DNA of 64,000 nucleotides from an uncultured bacterium (GTDB lineage Bacteria; Planctomycetota; UBA1135; GCA-002686595), in assembly GCA_943787795.1 (NCBI GenBank), contig CALSNU010000001.1:224001-288000 (forward strand), given 5' to 3'. Positions 27,791 through 37,382 of the stretch are shown here, in pieces. The position numbers and the translations under genes are program-made. The notes below the pieces were generated by a model. That model saw only the letters and a program-made list of their open reading frames with translations. It was not told the origin of the DNA and made no database searches. Within the stretch, counting starts at the first letter, position 1. Each line of letters begins with the position of its first letter.

Positions 27791-29107
27791 GTGCGGATCC
27801 TCCAGCTGACCCCCGGCACCGGCGACTTCCTGTGCGGGAGTTGCCTGCGCGACAACTCCCTGGTCATGGGCCTGCGGGATCGCGGTCACGACGCGCTGAT
27901 CGCGCCGCTCTACCTGCCCTTCGCCATGGAGGACGGCTCGGTCGACGCCGCGCGGCCGGGGGAGATCGAGCCCACGATCCACATGGGCGGGATCAACGTC
28001 TTCCTGCAGCAGAAGCTCGGCCTCTTCCGGTGGCTGCCGCGGGTCCTGCACGACCGGCTCGACTCGCCGCGGCTGCTGCGCTGGGCGGCGGGCCACTCGA
28101 AGATGACCGAGACGCCGGGGCTCGGGGCGCTGACGCTGTCCATGCTCCGGGGCGAGGAGGGCCGCCAGCGCGCCGAGGTCGCGCGGCTGGTGGAGTGGGC
28201 GCGGGAGCTGCCCCGCCCCGACGTGCTCCTGCTCTCCAACGTGATGCTCATCGGGCTGGCCCGGGAGCTCAAGGCGGCCCTCGGCTGTCCCGTGGTCTGC
28301 ACCATGCAGGGGGAGGCGCCCTTCCTCGAGGCCCTGGACGACGGGCACCGTGAGCGCTGCTGGGCGACGCTCGCGGAGCGCGCCCGGGACGTGGACGGGT
28401 TCCTCGCCGTGAGCCAGTACACCGCTGACCTGATGTCCTCCCGCATGGAGGTGGACCCGGCGAAGGTGCAGGTGGTGTGGAACGGCGGCGACCTCGAGGG
28501 GATCGCGCCGGACCCCGGCCGCCGTGACCCCGAGCGGCCTGCGATCGGCTACCTGGCCCGCATGTGCCGCGACAAGGGCATCGAGGCCCTGGTGGAGGGC
28601 TTCCTGCACCTCAAGGAGCGTCACCCCCGGGCCCGCCTGGTGGCGGCAGGGGTGGTGCTGAACGAGGACCGCGAGCTCCTCCAGCGGCTGGAGCAGCGCG
28701 TGGCGGGGGCCGGCTGGGCGGCTGACGTGGAGCTCCTCGGCCCGGTCACCCGCGAGCAGAAGATCGATCTCCTCCAGCGGGTCGACGTCCTGAGCGTCCC
28801 TGCGGTCTACGGCGAGTCCTTTGGTCTCTACCTCCCCGAGGCCTGGGCCGCGGGACTCCCCGTGGTGCAGCCCCGCCACGGGGGCTTCACCGAGCTGGTG
28901 GAGCACACCGGCGCTGGGGTCCTCTACGAACCCGGCGACCCTGAGGCCCTCGCGGGCGCCCTCGGAGACCTGCTCGACGACCCCCTCCGGCGGTCCGCGC
29001 TCGGTGAGCAGGGCCGCGCGGCCGCAGCCGAGGACTTCACGCGCGAACGCATGGCCGAGCGCGTCGAAGCGGCGCTGGGTCAGGTGCTGGAATCAGCGGC
29101 CGGCTAG
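27791..29107 (+). CDS. Glycosyltransferase family 4 with an N-terminal CxxC motif
   Basis: GYLARMCRDKG, ESFGLYLPEAWAAGLPVV (EX7E motif), N-terminus TPGTGDFLCGSCLRDN. Confidence 0.9.
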   Translation: MRILQLTPGTGDFLCGSCLRDNSLVMGLRDRGHDALIAPLYLPFAMEDGSVDAARPGEIEPTIHMGGINVFLQQKLGLFRWLPRVLHDRLDSPRLLRWAAGHSKMTETPGLGALTLSMLRGEEGRQRAEVARLVEWARELPRPDVLLLSNVMLIGLARELKAALGCPVVCTMQGEAPFLEALDDGHRERCWATLAERARDVDGFLAVSQYTADLMSSRMEVDPAKVQVVWNGGDLEGIAPDPGRRDPERPAIGYLARMCRDKGIEALVEGFLHLKERHPRARLVAAGVVLNEDRELLQRLEQRVAGAGWAADVELLGPVTREQKIDLLQRVDVLSVPAVYGESFGLYLPEAWAAGLPVVQPRHGGFTELVEHTGAGVLYEPGDPEALAGALGDLLDDPLRRSALGEQGRAAAAEDFTRERMAERVEAALGQVLESAAG

Positions 29108-29333
29108 GACGAGCTCGGCTTGGGGGGGCGCATGACGGTCGAGGCCGTGGGGGGGCCTGGTCGAGGTCAAGCCGGCCACCGTGGTGGCCTCGAGGCGCGA
29201 TTCGGAGACGGCGCTGGCTGAAGGGCGCCGGCCCCCTTCAGCGAGTCCCGGGCCGCGGCGAGTCGAATCGGCCGAGGGACGAGGCTCCGGCGCGTCCCTG
29301 GCCCTTCATTCAGGGCCGACCGGCGGGCCGACG

Positions 29334-29828
29334 CTACCAGTAGATGGACCGGTGGTAGGTCCGTCCCGTCGCGGAGTCGTGGATGTAGGTCTGGCTGCCA
29401 CCGTTGGCTGCGGAGTACCCATAAGAAACAATGCCCTCGTGCCAGACCCAGCCGAGGGAGGCGTAGCGCTCTTCGAAGACGTCGCGGCCCAACGGCCGCC
29501 TCTCCGCGTGGGAGTCGAGCTCTTGGCCCCTGCCGTAGTGCTCGTCGAAGAAGGCGTTGAGGTCCTTCTCGTTCACCGTGAACCAAGCCTCGTGGTCGAT
29601 CGGAAAGTGCCGGTCCAGCGTGATGTCGGTCGCCGCCGGCGGGATCAGCGCCCTGCCTCGCACCGGGGAGATCCGGTCCCGGTGGTCGTAGTGGGCGTCG
29701 ATCCCGTAGTAGAGGTACAGCGCCCCTCCACAGACCATCGCGATGATCATCGCGGCGCCGAGCGCCTGGAGGAGGCACCCGAGGATCGAGGGCCTCGACG
29801 GGGGAGGGAGTTCGGGGTCTTTGGGCAT
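29334..29828 (-). CDS. Hypothetical membrane-anchored protein
   Basis: ORF with good codon pattern and one TM helix (ILGCLLQALGAAMIIAMVCGGALYLYYGI). Confidence 0.6.
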   Translation of the reverse strand: MPKDPELPPPSRPSILGCLLQALGAAMIIAMVCGGALYLYYGIDAHYDHRDRISPVRGRALIPPAATDITLDRHFPIDHEAWFTVNEKDLNAFFDEHYGRGQELDSHAERRPLGRDVFEERYASLGWVWHEGIVSYGYSAANGGSQTYIHDSATGRTYHRSIYW

Positions 29829-30154
29829 GTTCTCTGACGGGGCAATTCGGTCCTGGCTGAACCCCAGCTGGTACGACCCTGGGGGCCAAGGTAGCCACTT
29901 GGGCGCCAGAGGATCAGCGCAACCGCACCTGGCTCCGGGGTGCACGGCTGGAAGGGCCCCTAGGGGTGATCTTCAGCCCGTCGTCCAGCAGGTCGAACGC
30001 GAGCGCTCGATTGAGGCGGCCACCGATGATGGGGTGGAGCAGCCGATGGAGGCCCGACGGGCGGCGGACGTACGAGAGAGGCGAGCCAAGGGCCTGGGGA
30101 GACTGACGGGGGGTCCGCCCCTGGGTCGTTCGGGCGGCGGCATGCTCGCGCCGC

Positions 30155-31180
30155 CTAGACCACCCATTCCCCGTCTCTGTAGATCACCTCGTCGTCCAGC
30201 AGCACGCGGCTCGTCACCGCGAAGACGTCCACGTGGTGCTTGGCGGTCTTCTTGCGGATCTGGGGCTTGTTGTACATCGCGTGCTTGGAGCCGAGGGAGA
30301 CGTGCACGCCGCACATGCGCTCGAAGCTGCCGATGTCGAGCACCGTCCGCTCGTTCGTGAAGGCTCGGTTGAGGCCGAGGCCTAGCTCGCGCAGCCAGAC
30401 CTCACCGTCGTCGCGGCGGATGTTGGCGAGGACCTCATCGAACTCGTCGGTCGAGTTCCGGGTCCCCGTCACGCGCCCCTCTTCGATGACGAGGGTGATG
30501 GGGTGGGGCGGACGGTTGAGGTTGAAGGAGGTGTCGCCAAAGAACGAGATGACGAGGGAGCCGTGGACCGCCTCGAGGTCCTTGGATTCCGTGAAGACCT
30601 CGCCGATGGGGAACTGGCCGCCGGTGTTCTTCATGCCGGTGTAGTCGCCGATGTTCATCTTGGCGGACTCGAAGCCGGCGGGGAAGGTCAGGCGCTCGCC
30701 CGCGCTCTCCACGACGCCGATCCCCGCTTCATCAAGGCGGGCCTTGAGGGCATGGCCCACACCGCGGAAGTAGTCCGGGTCGTAGGCGAGGGCGTCGATG
30801 TAGGTCAGCGCCTCCTCGCCGCACATGCGGGCGAGGTGCGGGTGCTCGATCACCTTCAAGGACCGGTTGAACAGCTCGATTCGAATGCGGAAGGCGTCGA
30901 GTCGGAAGCTGGTCGACTGGATCATGACGACGAGGTCGCCGGGGCTGAGCCGCTCGAAGGCGCTCAGGATCGCCTCCCGCTTGGCCTCGTCGAACTCGAT
31001 GAACTCAGCCTCCGGGAGGCTGAGCCGGTAGGCCGCCGTGAGCCCGCGAGAGAGCTCGCTATTGCCGTCCCAGACGACCACGCTGGACGCCGGGGCATCG
31101 TGCTCGAGCGCGATGGAGACGATGTCGCGGGTGTTCCTGGCTGCAGCTCGGAGGACCGGTTCAGGGAAGGTGATGCTCAT
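30155..31180 (-). CDS. M29/aminopeptidase T-like metalloprotein
   Basis: GGQFPIGEVFT, ELGLGLN, ERMCGVHVSLG, HVDV, IYRDG pattern. Confidence 0.65.
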   Translation of the reverse strand: MSITFPEPVLRAAARNTRDIVSIALEHDAPASSVVVWDGNSELSRGLTAAYRLSLPEAEFIEFDEAKREAILSAFERLSPGDLVVMIQSTSFRLDAFRIRIELFNRSLKVIEHPHLARMCGEEALTYIDALAYDPDYFRGVGHALKARLDEAGIGVVESAGERLTFPAGFESAKMNIGDYTGMKNTGGQFPIGEVFTESKDLEAVHGSLVISFFGDTSFNLNRPPHPITLVIEEGRVTGTRNSTDEFDEVLANIRRDDGEVWLRELGLGLNRAFTNERTVLDIGSFERMCGVHVSLGSKHAMYNKPQIRKKTAKHHVDVFAVTSRVLLDDEVIYRDGEWVV

Positions 31181-31292
31181 TGGAGCGCCAGAATACTGCG
31201 ACACCGGCACGCCCACCGGCGGATAAGCGATCGAGGCTGTAGAGATCGAGTGAGGGCGAGAAGGGCGCGAGAGACGAGGGAGGCCGGCCTGG

Positions 31293-31384
31293 CGGCCAGG
31301 AGCGGGGAAGGTGCCGACCGGCCAGGAGCAGGGAGGGTGCCGACCGGCCAGGAGCAGGGAAGATGCCGAGCGGCAAGGAGCGGG
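31293..31384. repeat. 26-bp tandem repeat, about 3.5 copies (CGGCCAGGAGCRGGGARGRTGCCGAC-like)
   Basis: Units start at 31293, 31319, 31345 and 31371 (partial) in a divergent intergenic region. Confidence 0.9.
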
Positions 31385-31681
31385 GGCTCGCCTCGGCCCC
31401 AAGGGGTCTCGACGACCTCGGACAGCGACGCCCTCCGCGGGACAGGCTCGAGGTTCATCAGGGCGATCCGATGGAGCCGGGGTGTGTCCAATCTGGTGGA
31501 GGGTGGGGTGCCGTGGCGGCGGAGCCGCTTCAGACGTCGAACGCGGGTCGTAGAGGTTGTATCCACCAAGGACTGCGCGTCCCATGTGCGCCCGCGTGCG
31601 CGGCCCCGTCTTCGCGGGAGCGTCCGCCGGCTCGCTGCGACTCTCCCGGCGTGTCAGACCTCTTCAAACCAGATCCGATCC

Positions 31682-33253
31682 ATGAATCGTCTTCTCCTCG
31701 CTGCCGCCGTCCTGGCCAGCGCTTCCTCGTTGCCCTCCATCGCCGCCGCTCAAGCTGCGGTGTCCGCCTCCGCGGAGGCTGAGCAGCCCAACATTCTCGT
31801 GATCTGGGGCGATGACATCGGCCAGTCCAACATCAGCGCCTACACGCGCGGATTGATGGGCTACCGGACGCCGAACATCGACCGTATCGCCAGCGAGGGG
31901 ATGCTCTTCACCGATTACTACGGAGAGCAGTCCTGCACCGCCGGGCGCTCCTCCTTCATCATGGGCCAGAGCGTCTTCCGCACGGGGCTCTCCAAGGTCG
32001 GCCTCCCCGGCGCAAAAGAAGGCATGGCGGTGGAGGACATCACCATCGCCGGCGTCCTCAAGGATCAGGGGTACGCGACGGGGCAGTTCGGCAAGAATCA
32101 CCTCGGCGACCGCGACGAGCACCTCCCGACGAATCACGGGTTCGATGAGTTCTTCGGGAACCTGTACCACCTCAATGCGGAGGAGGAGCCCGAGCACGAG
32201 GACTACCCGAAGGACCCGGAGTTCCGAAAGAAGTACGGGCCCCGTGGGGTCATCAAGTCCGTTGCTGGAGGTCCGATCGAGGACACCGGCGCGCTGACGA
32301 AGAAGCGCATGGAGGTCATCGACGACGAGTCCAGCGCGGCCGCGATCGACTTCATCCGGCGCCAGCACGCCGAGGGCAAGCCCTGGTTCTGCTGGTGGAG
32401 CGGGACGCGAATGCACTTCCGCACCCATGTGAAGGAGGAGCTGCGCGGCATCTCAGGGCAGGACGAGTACTCCGACGGCATGGTCGAGCACGACATGCAC
32501 ATCGGCCTGTTCCTCGCGCTGCTCGACGAGTTGGGCATCGCCGACAACACGCTGGTGTTCTACTCGACCGACAATGGACCCCACATGAACACCTGGCCGG
32601 ACGCGGCCATGACGCCGTTCCGTGGCGAGAAGAACACCAACTGGGAGGGCGGTTGGCGTGTGCCTGCAGCGGTCCGTTGGCCGGGCAAGATCGCCGCAGG
32701 TTCCGTGAGCAACGGGATCGTCCATCACATGGACTGGCTCCCGACGTTCGCGGCCATGGCAGGCAAGGACGACATCAAGGAGGACCTGTTGGACGGGTAC
32801 ACCTCGGCCGCGCTGGGCCGCGACTACAAGCTGCACCTGGACGGGTACAACCTGCTCCCGCACCTGACCGGGGAGAGCGCTGAGTCTCCGCGCAAGGAGG
32901 TCTTCTACTTCTCCGATGACGGCGACCTGACCGCGCTGCGTTACTCGGACTGGAAGATGATCTTCATGGAGCAGCGCGTGGAAGGGACCCTCCAGGCCTG
33001 GGCCGAGCCGTTCGTCCCGCTGCGGGTGCCGCTGATCTTCAACCTTCGTCGGGACCCCTACGAGCGGGCCCAGAAGACCTCCAACACCTACTACGACTGG
33101 TTGATCGACCGGGTCTACCTGTTGGTCCCCGCGCAGGACTACGTCGGCAAGTTCCTGGGCACCTTCCGGGAGTATCCGCCGCGGCAGGAGGCGGCGAGCT
33201 TCTCGCTCGACAAGGTCCTGGAGACCCTCAAGGAGGGGAGCGGGTCCAAGTAG
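31682..33253 (+). CDS. Exported arylsulfatase (S1, Cys-type)
   Basis: Signal peptide, PNILVIWGDDIG, SCTAGR formylglycine motif, GKNHLG, TDNG, GEKNTNWEGG. Confidence 0.93.
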   Translation: MNRLLLAAAVLASASSLPSIAAAQAAVSASAEAEQPNILVIWGDDIGQSNISAYTRGLMGYRTPNIDRIASEGMLFTDYYGEQSCTAGRSSFIMGQSVFRTGLSKVGLPGAKEGMAVEDITIAGVLKDQGYATGQFGKNHLGDRDEHLPTNHGFDEFFGNLYHLNAEEEPEHEDYPKDPEFRKKYGPRGVIKSVAGGPIEDTGALTKKRMEVIDDESSAAAIDFIRRQHAEGKPWFCWWSGTRMHFRTHVKEELRGISGQDEYSDGMVEHDMHIGLFLALLDELGIADNTLVFYSTDNGPHMNTWPDAAMTPFRGEKNTNWEGGWRVPAAVRWPGKIAAGSVSNGIVHHMDWLPTFAAMAGKDDIKEDLLDGYTSAALGRDYKLHLDGYNLLPHLTGESAESPRKEVFYFSDDGDLTALRYSDWKMIFMEQRVEGTLQAWAEPFVPLRVPLIFNLRRDPYERAQKTSNTYYDWLIDRVYLLVPAQDYVGKFLGTFREYPPRQEAASFSLDKVLETLKEGSGSK

Positions 33254-33334
33254 GACGGGGCTGCGACGCGTCGCTCGGCCGAGCCCGAGCGCCGCGTCGC
33301 TAACTGGCCCCTGCAGCGAGCCCGAGTCTGAAGA

Positions 33335-33366
33335 AAGGGGCGCAGCCGCCAGCGGCTGCGCCCCTT
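33335..33366. terminator. Probable bidirectional intrinsic terminator
   Basis: AAGGGGCGCAGCCGC-CA-GCGGCTGCGCCCCTT perfect inverted repeat with A-rich and T-rich flanks between convergent genes. Confidence 0.8.
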
Positions 33367-33601
33367 CTGTGTGTCAGCGCCCGTGCGGCTTCGAGCTCCA
33401 CCTGCGGCGGGAGGGCGTCTATTCGCGCGGGTGGGTACGCGGGCCTCAGCCACGTCTAGGCGGTCCTCGCAGCCGGGGGCGCCGCCGTCGAGATCAAGCG
33501 TCCCGAGGTGGCGATTCAGGCCCCGGAGAGCAGCGGTCAACTCCAGCGCTTTGAACAGCTCGTACGCTTCGGTGCCTGGCGAGACGCCAGGCGCGGTCAC
33601 C

Positions 33602-34540
33602 CTACGCGCGACCCGGCCACTGCTCCCACCAGGCCCGGAAGAGGGCGTACTGCCGCTCGATGAAGTGTCTCTGGCTCGGGTTGAGCGCGTCTTCCTCGTT
33701 GAAGTGCATCGCGTAGTTCTCGTTCCCGGTCAGCACCATCAGGTGCTTGTAGTAGAGGACGAGGTCTGGCCCTTCATCGAAGGTCGACAGCACCTTGAGC
33801 GCCGCGTCGAGCTCGGCGGCGTGCCGCCGAGCAACAGGGTCCCCCTCGGCGGCGGCCTGGCACAGTTCCACGAGGCGCAGGGTCTCCCTCGGGATCGCGT
33901 TGCCGATGCCAGTGATCGCGCCCGTGGCGCCGCAGTTCACGTACCCGTGGAAGACCTGGGTGTCGACGCCGACCATCAGCGTGAGGTCTTCAGAGGAGCT
34001 CGTGATGTGCTCGGCGGCGTAGCTCAGGGACTCTGCACCGCCGAACTCCTTGAAGCCGATGAGGTTCTCGTGCCGCTCGCGCAGGTCGAAGAACAGGTCG
34101 GCGCGGGTCTCGAAGCCGTAGTAGGGGCTGTTGTAGATGACCGCCGGGAGGTCCGGCGCCGCGTCGAGGATCGCATCGAAGTGGTGCCGCTGCGCCGCCG
34201 CGGAGGTCCCGCGAGAGAGGACCCTGGGGATCACCATCAGGCCCGCGGCGCCGACCTCGGCTGCGTGGGTCGCGTGGGCGACGGCCGCCCTGGTGTTGAC
34301 GGCGCCGGTGCCCACGATCGTCGGTACGCCGGCCGCGACCAGGGCGGCGACGCCAGCCTGGCGCTCGTGATCGGTGAGGAGCGGCCAGTCGCCCATCGAG
34401 CCGCAGTAGACGACCGCGGACATGCCGGCGTCGACGAGCTCTCTGCCCTTTGCGGCGAGCGCGTCGAAGTCCGGGGATCGATCGATCCTGCACGGCGTCA
34501 TGAGGGCTGGCATGCAGCCGCTGAAGGTGGAGACGTTCAT
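33602..34540 (-). CDS. DapA-family protein, probable Delta1-pyrroline-4-hydroxy-2-carboxylate deaminase
   Basis: YCGSMGDW, VIYNSPYYG, GFKEFGG (Schiff-base Lys). Context is hydroxyproline catabolism. Confidence 0.85.
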   Translation of the reverse strand: MNVSTFSGCMPALMTPCRIDRSPDFDALAAKGRELVDAGMSAVVYCGSMGDWPLLTDHERQAGVAALVAAGVPTIVGTGAVNTRAAVAHATHAAEVGAAGLMVIPRVLSRGTSAAAQRHHFDAILDAAPDLPAVIYNSPYYGFETRADLFFDLRERHENLIGFKEFGGAESLSYAAEHITSSSEDLTLMVGVDTQVFHGYVNCGATGAITGIGNAIPRETLRLVELCQAAAEGDPVARRHAAELDAALKVLSTFDEGPDLVLYYKHLMVLTGNENYAMHFNEEDALNPSQRHFIERQYALFRAWWEQWPGRA

Positions 34541-34624
34541 GGGGTCGTTGTCGTGTGGCCGTGGCGGCCCGCTAACGGGGCGATGCCGAGTTTCGTGTCG
34601 GAGCCTCGCGGGGCTCGCTGGACG

Positions 34625-35503
34625 TCAAGTGGAGGACTGGTGTGCCGCGAGCATGGTCTCGAGGACGGGCTTCTGTGCGCGGATGTGGTGTGAGAGGGCC
34701 TCGCGCGCCTGGGCCCAGCGACGGGCCTTCACACTCTCGAGGATCTCGACGTGCTGCTTGGCCATGGCGGCCACCGCGCGGCCGCTCAGCGTCGCGTAGT
34801 CGAAGAGGGCGCTGTAGAAGTGACCGTTGGTCTCGAAGAACGACTCGATGTAGCGGTTCTGGGCGCATGCGATGAAGTACCCGTGCAGGTCGTTGTCGAT
34901 GCGCGACGCCCGCGCGACCCTGGGCGTGTTCCCGGCGAGCATCTCATCGATCCTCGAAGCGTCGATCCGCGACCGCGCCAGGTCCAGCGCCTTGAGCTCG
35001 AGGGTCTCTCTCACATCGATGTAAGCGTCCATGTCGCCCATCCGGAAGGCCGGGACCTGCCAGCCGCGGCGGGGGACGTGCTCCAGCAGGCCGCCGCCAG
35101 CCAGGCGGGTGAGGACCTCACGCACGCGGGTGCGGCCCACGCCCAGCCGTTCGGCCATCGGCTCCTCCCGGATGAAGCCCTCACGGCCGGAGGCTCCGAT
35201 GCCCACCAGCTCCTCGGCCACCCGGTGCTCCAGCGCCTCGTTGGAGACCAGCGCCTTCGGGGCCCTGACCTTGGACCCCCGCCGCGCGGGCCTCGCGCCC
35301 TTCACCAGCCGGGCCGCGAGCCGGCCGTTGGCCTGCTTGACCACGAGCTTCTTCTCGATCAGGGCGTCCACGGCCCTGCGGACCGGAGTGGCGCTGACGC
35401 CGTAGAGGCTCGCGATACCCCCGAGCGTGAGCTTCTCAGGCAGGCCTGCCCCCTCGCGTATGCGTGCTTCGAGGTCCTGTTCGATGTAGGTGGAGATCTT
35501 CAA
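34625..35503 (-). CDS. GntR/FadR-family regulator with two wHTH domains and an FCD domain
   Basis: IASLYGVSATPVRRAV and MAERLGVGRTRVREVL...PRRGW; FCD motifs DNDLH, QHVEIL, HHI. Confidence 0.85.
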   Translation of the reverse strand: MKISTYIEQDLEARIREGAGLPEKLTLGGIASLYGVSATPVRRAVDALIEKKLVVKQANGRLAARLVKGARPARRGSKVRAPKALVSNEALEHRVAEELVGIGASGREGFIREEPMAERLGVGRTRVREVLTRLAGGGLLEHVPRRGWQVPAFRMGDMDAYIDVRETLELKALDLARSRIDASRIDEMLAGNTPRVARASRIDNDLHGYFIACAQNRYIESFFETNGHFYSALFDYATLSGRAVAAMAKQHVEILESVKARRWAQAREALSHHIRAQKPVLETMLAAHQSST

Positions 35504-35551
35504 GCCAGTCGATGGCAGCCGGCGGCGGGGAGGGCGCGGGCCGGCCCCCGA

Positions 35552-37129
35552 TCAGTTGATGGACTCCTGGGTCCAACGCCCGTCGACTTGGCGCCAGGTC
35601 TCCCGGGGGTTCTCGTCGCGGAGGCCCTCGGGGAGTCGCTGGGGGCGCACCTGGTCGTAGCACTGCAGCATCGCGAAGCGCGCCATGGAGCCGGGCAAGC
35701 CCACGGCGGTGAAGCCCGGGTGGGCGGTGGCGGGGTACGGACCCCCATGGTTCATGGCCGGTGAGACGGCGACGCCCGTCGGCATCTGGTCGTTGAGGAG
35801 CCTGCCGACGCGCTGGCGCAGCGGCGGTTCGATCGATGAGTACGCGGCCTCATCGCTGCCATCCTTCGCGGAGTAGACGCAGCCCGTCAGGTTGCCTTCG
35901 AGGGCTCGGATCACGTCCACGCTCTGCGCAGTGGACTCTGTCACGACCACCAGCGTGGCGTTCCCGAAGGCCTCTGCCTGGAGGGCCTGCGGGCTGCCGA
36001 GGAACGTCGCGCCATCCGCCCGCAGCACGGTGTTCTGGTAGGAGGCGGGAGCCCCGTCCACCGCGCCGCCGCCCGTGAGCACTTCGGCGCCCGCGGATCG
36101 GAGGTCGTCGATGGCGCTCGCGAGCCCATCGCGACCACTGGACGAGAAGAGGGTTCCGTTCGGCGCGGCCCCGAATGCAGACGTGAGGGAGGTCATGAAC
36201 GCGTCGGCGTCCGCGCCAGATTCGACCAGCACGAGGCCCGGGTTGGTGCAGAACTGACCCGTCCCCATGAGGCAGCTCCCGGCGAGCTCCGCCGCGATCT
36301 CATCCCCGCGTTCGCGGAGGGCTCCAGGGAGCACCGCCACCGGGTTCACGGAGCCGAGCTCGAGATAGATCGGCGTCCCCGCTGCGTCGGCGGCCTCCTT
36401 GAGCGCGAGTCCGCCGCGCTTGGAGCCGGTGAATGCGACGGCCGCGAGGCGAGCGTCCTGGACCAGGCGCTCTCCGTCGGCGTGGTCCAGGTCGTATAGC
36501 AGCTGGACGGTCGCGGGGGGGAGGCCGGCCTCGGTGGCTGCTTGATGGGCCTCTTCTGCGAGCAGCCGCGTGGTCTCGGGGTGCAGAGGGTGGGCCTTGG
36601 CGATGACCGGGTTCCCCGCGGCGATCGCGGCGGCGAAGTCGCCCCCGGAGACGCTGCCGAAGGCGAGGGGGAAGTTGTTCGGGCCGAAGACCGCGACCGG
36701 CCCGATGCCGGCGAACTGCGTCCGGATGTTGGCGGCCGTGTCGATGACGGGGCGAGACCAGTCACCGGAGCGCGCAGCGGCAGCCGCTTGCCGCAGTTGT
36801 CCGGTCGTGCGCGGGAGCTCGCCGGCCGAGAGGCGGGGCGCGAGGGGCAAGGCGGTCTCGGCATGCGCCGCGGCGCAGATCTCGTCGGAGCGGCGCTCGA
36901 TCCGGTCGGCGTAGCCCTCCAGGAACGTGGCGATGGCGTCCGGGGTCACCGAGCGGAGGGCCTCGAACGCCCCGGCTGCCGCCTCGAGCGCTTCGTGGCA
37001 ATCGCTCCACTTGCTGGTCGGAAACTTCGGGGCCAGCGCCTCCCCGGTGAGGGGGCTCTGGGCCTGGAACGTGCGGCTTGCGTCTGCGTGACGCCAGTCG
37101 CCTGCGATGAGGACCTGCTGGGTCGTCAT
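35552..37129 (-). CDS. NADP-dependent aldehyde dehydrogenase, probable 2-oxoglutarate semialdehyde dehydrogenase
   Basis: FGPNNFPLAF..SGGDFAAA, KAHPLHP, FTGS, ELGSVNP, GQFCTNPG, MNHGGPYPAT. Confidence 0.88.
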   Translation of the reverse strand: MTTQQVLIAGDWRHADASRTFQAQSPLTGEALAPKFPTSKWSDCHEALEAAAGAFEALRSVTPDAIATFLEGYADRIERRSDEICAAAHAETALPLAPRLSAGELPRTTGQLRQAAAAARSGDWSRPVIDTAANIRTQFAGIGPVAVFGPNNFPLAFGSVSGGDFAAAIAAGNPVIAKAHPLHPETTRLLAEEAHQAATEAGLPPATVQLLYDLDHADGERLVQDARLAAVAFTGSKRGGLALKEAADAAGTPIYLELGSVNPVAVLPGALRERGDEIAAELAGSCLMGTGQFCTNPGLVLVESGADADAFMTSLTSAFGAAPNGTLFSSSGRDGLASAIDDLRSAGAEVLTGGGAVDGAPASYQNTVLRADGATFLGSPQALQAEAFGNATLVVVTESTAQSVDVIRALEGNLTGCVYSAKDGSDEAAYSSIEPPLRQRVGRLLNDQMPTGVAVSPAMNHGGPYPATAHPGFTAVGLPGSMARFAMLQCYDQVRPQRLPEGLRDENPRETWRQVDGRWTQESIN

Positions 37130-37205
37130 GGACTTGTTGGGGGAGGTGCCTTTGGGTCGCCCGCGAGGGGTGTAAATCGAGCTCGCCGGTGGGTGAGCGC
37201 GAACT

Positions 37206-37225
37206 TGTTTTTGTACACAAAAACA
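37206..37225. promoter_or_regulatory. Palindromic operator, probable GntR binding site
   Basis: TGTTTTTGT-AC-ACAAAAACA, a perfect 9-bp inverted repeat and AT-rich island in the divergent intergenic region. Confidence 0.75.
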
Positions 37226-37382
37226 CGCACGCGCGGCCATGGGAACCCATTTGCTTGCGAGACTCTTGGCGAGTCATAGGCTCGACGCGCCTCTCCCCGT
37301 GCGCCGGCGACCCGGCGTGGCCGCCACTGCGTACGGATGACCGCGCCTCCGCCGGGCGCTCAGATCGCCTCACATGCTGCCC

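Noticed and set aside
33139..33600. 153-aa minus-strand ORF after the DapA-like gene
   Set aside because: It runs through the terminator hairpin into the sulfatase and has no recognisable motif, although a short real peptide cannot be excluded.
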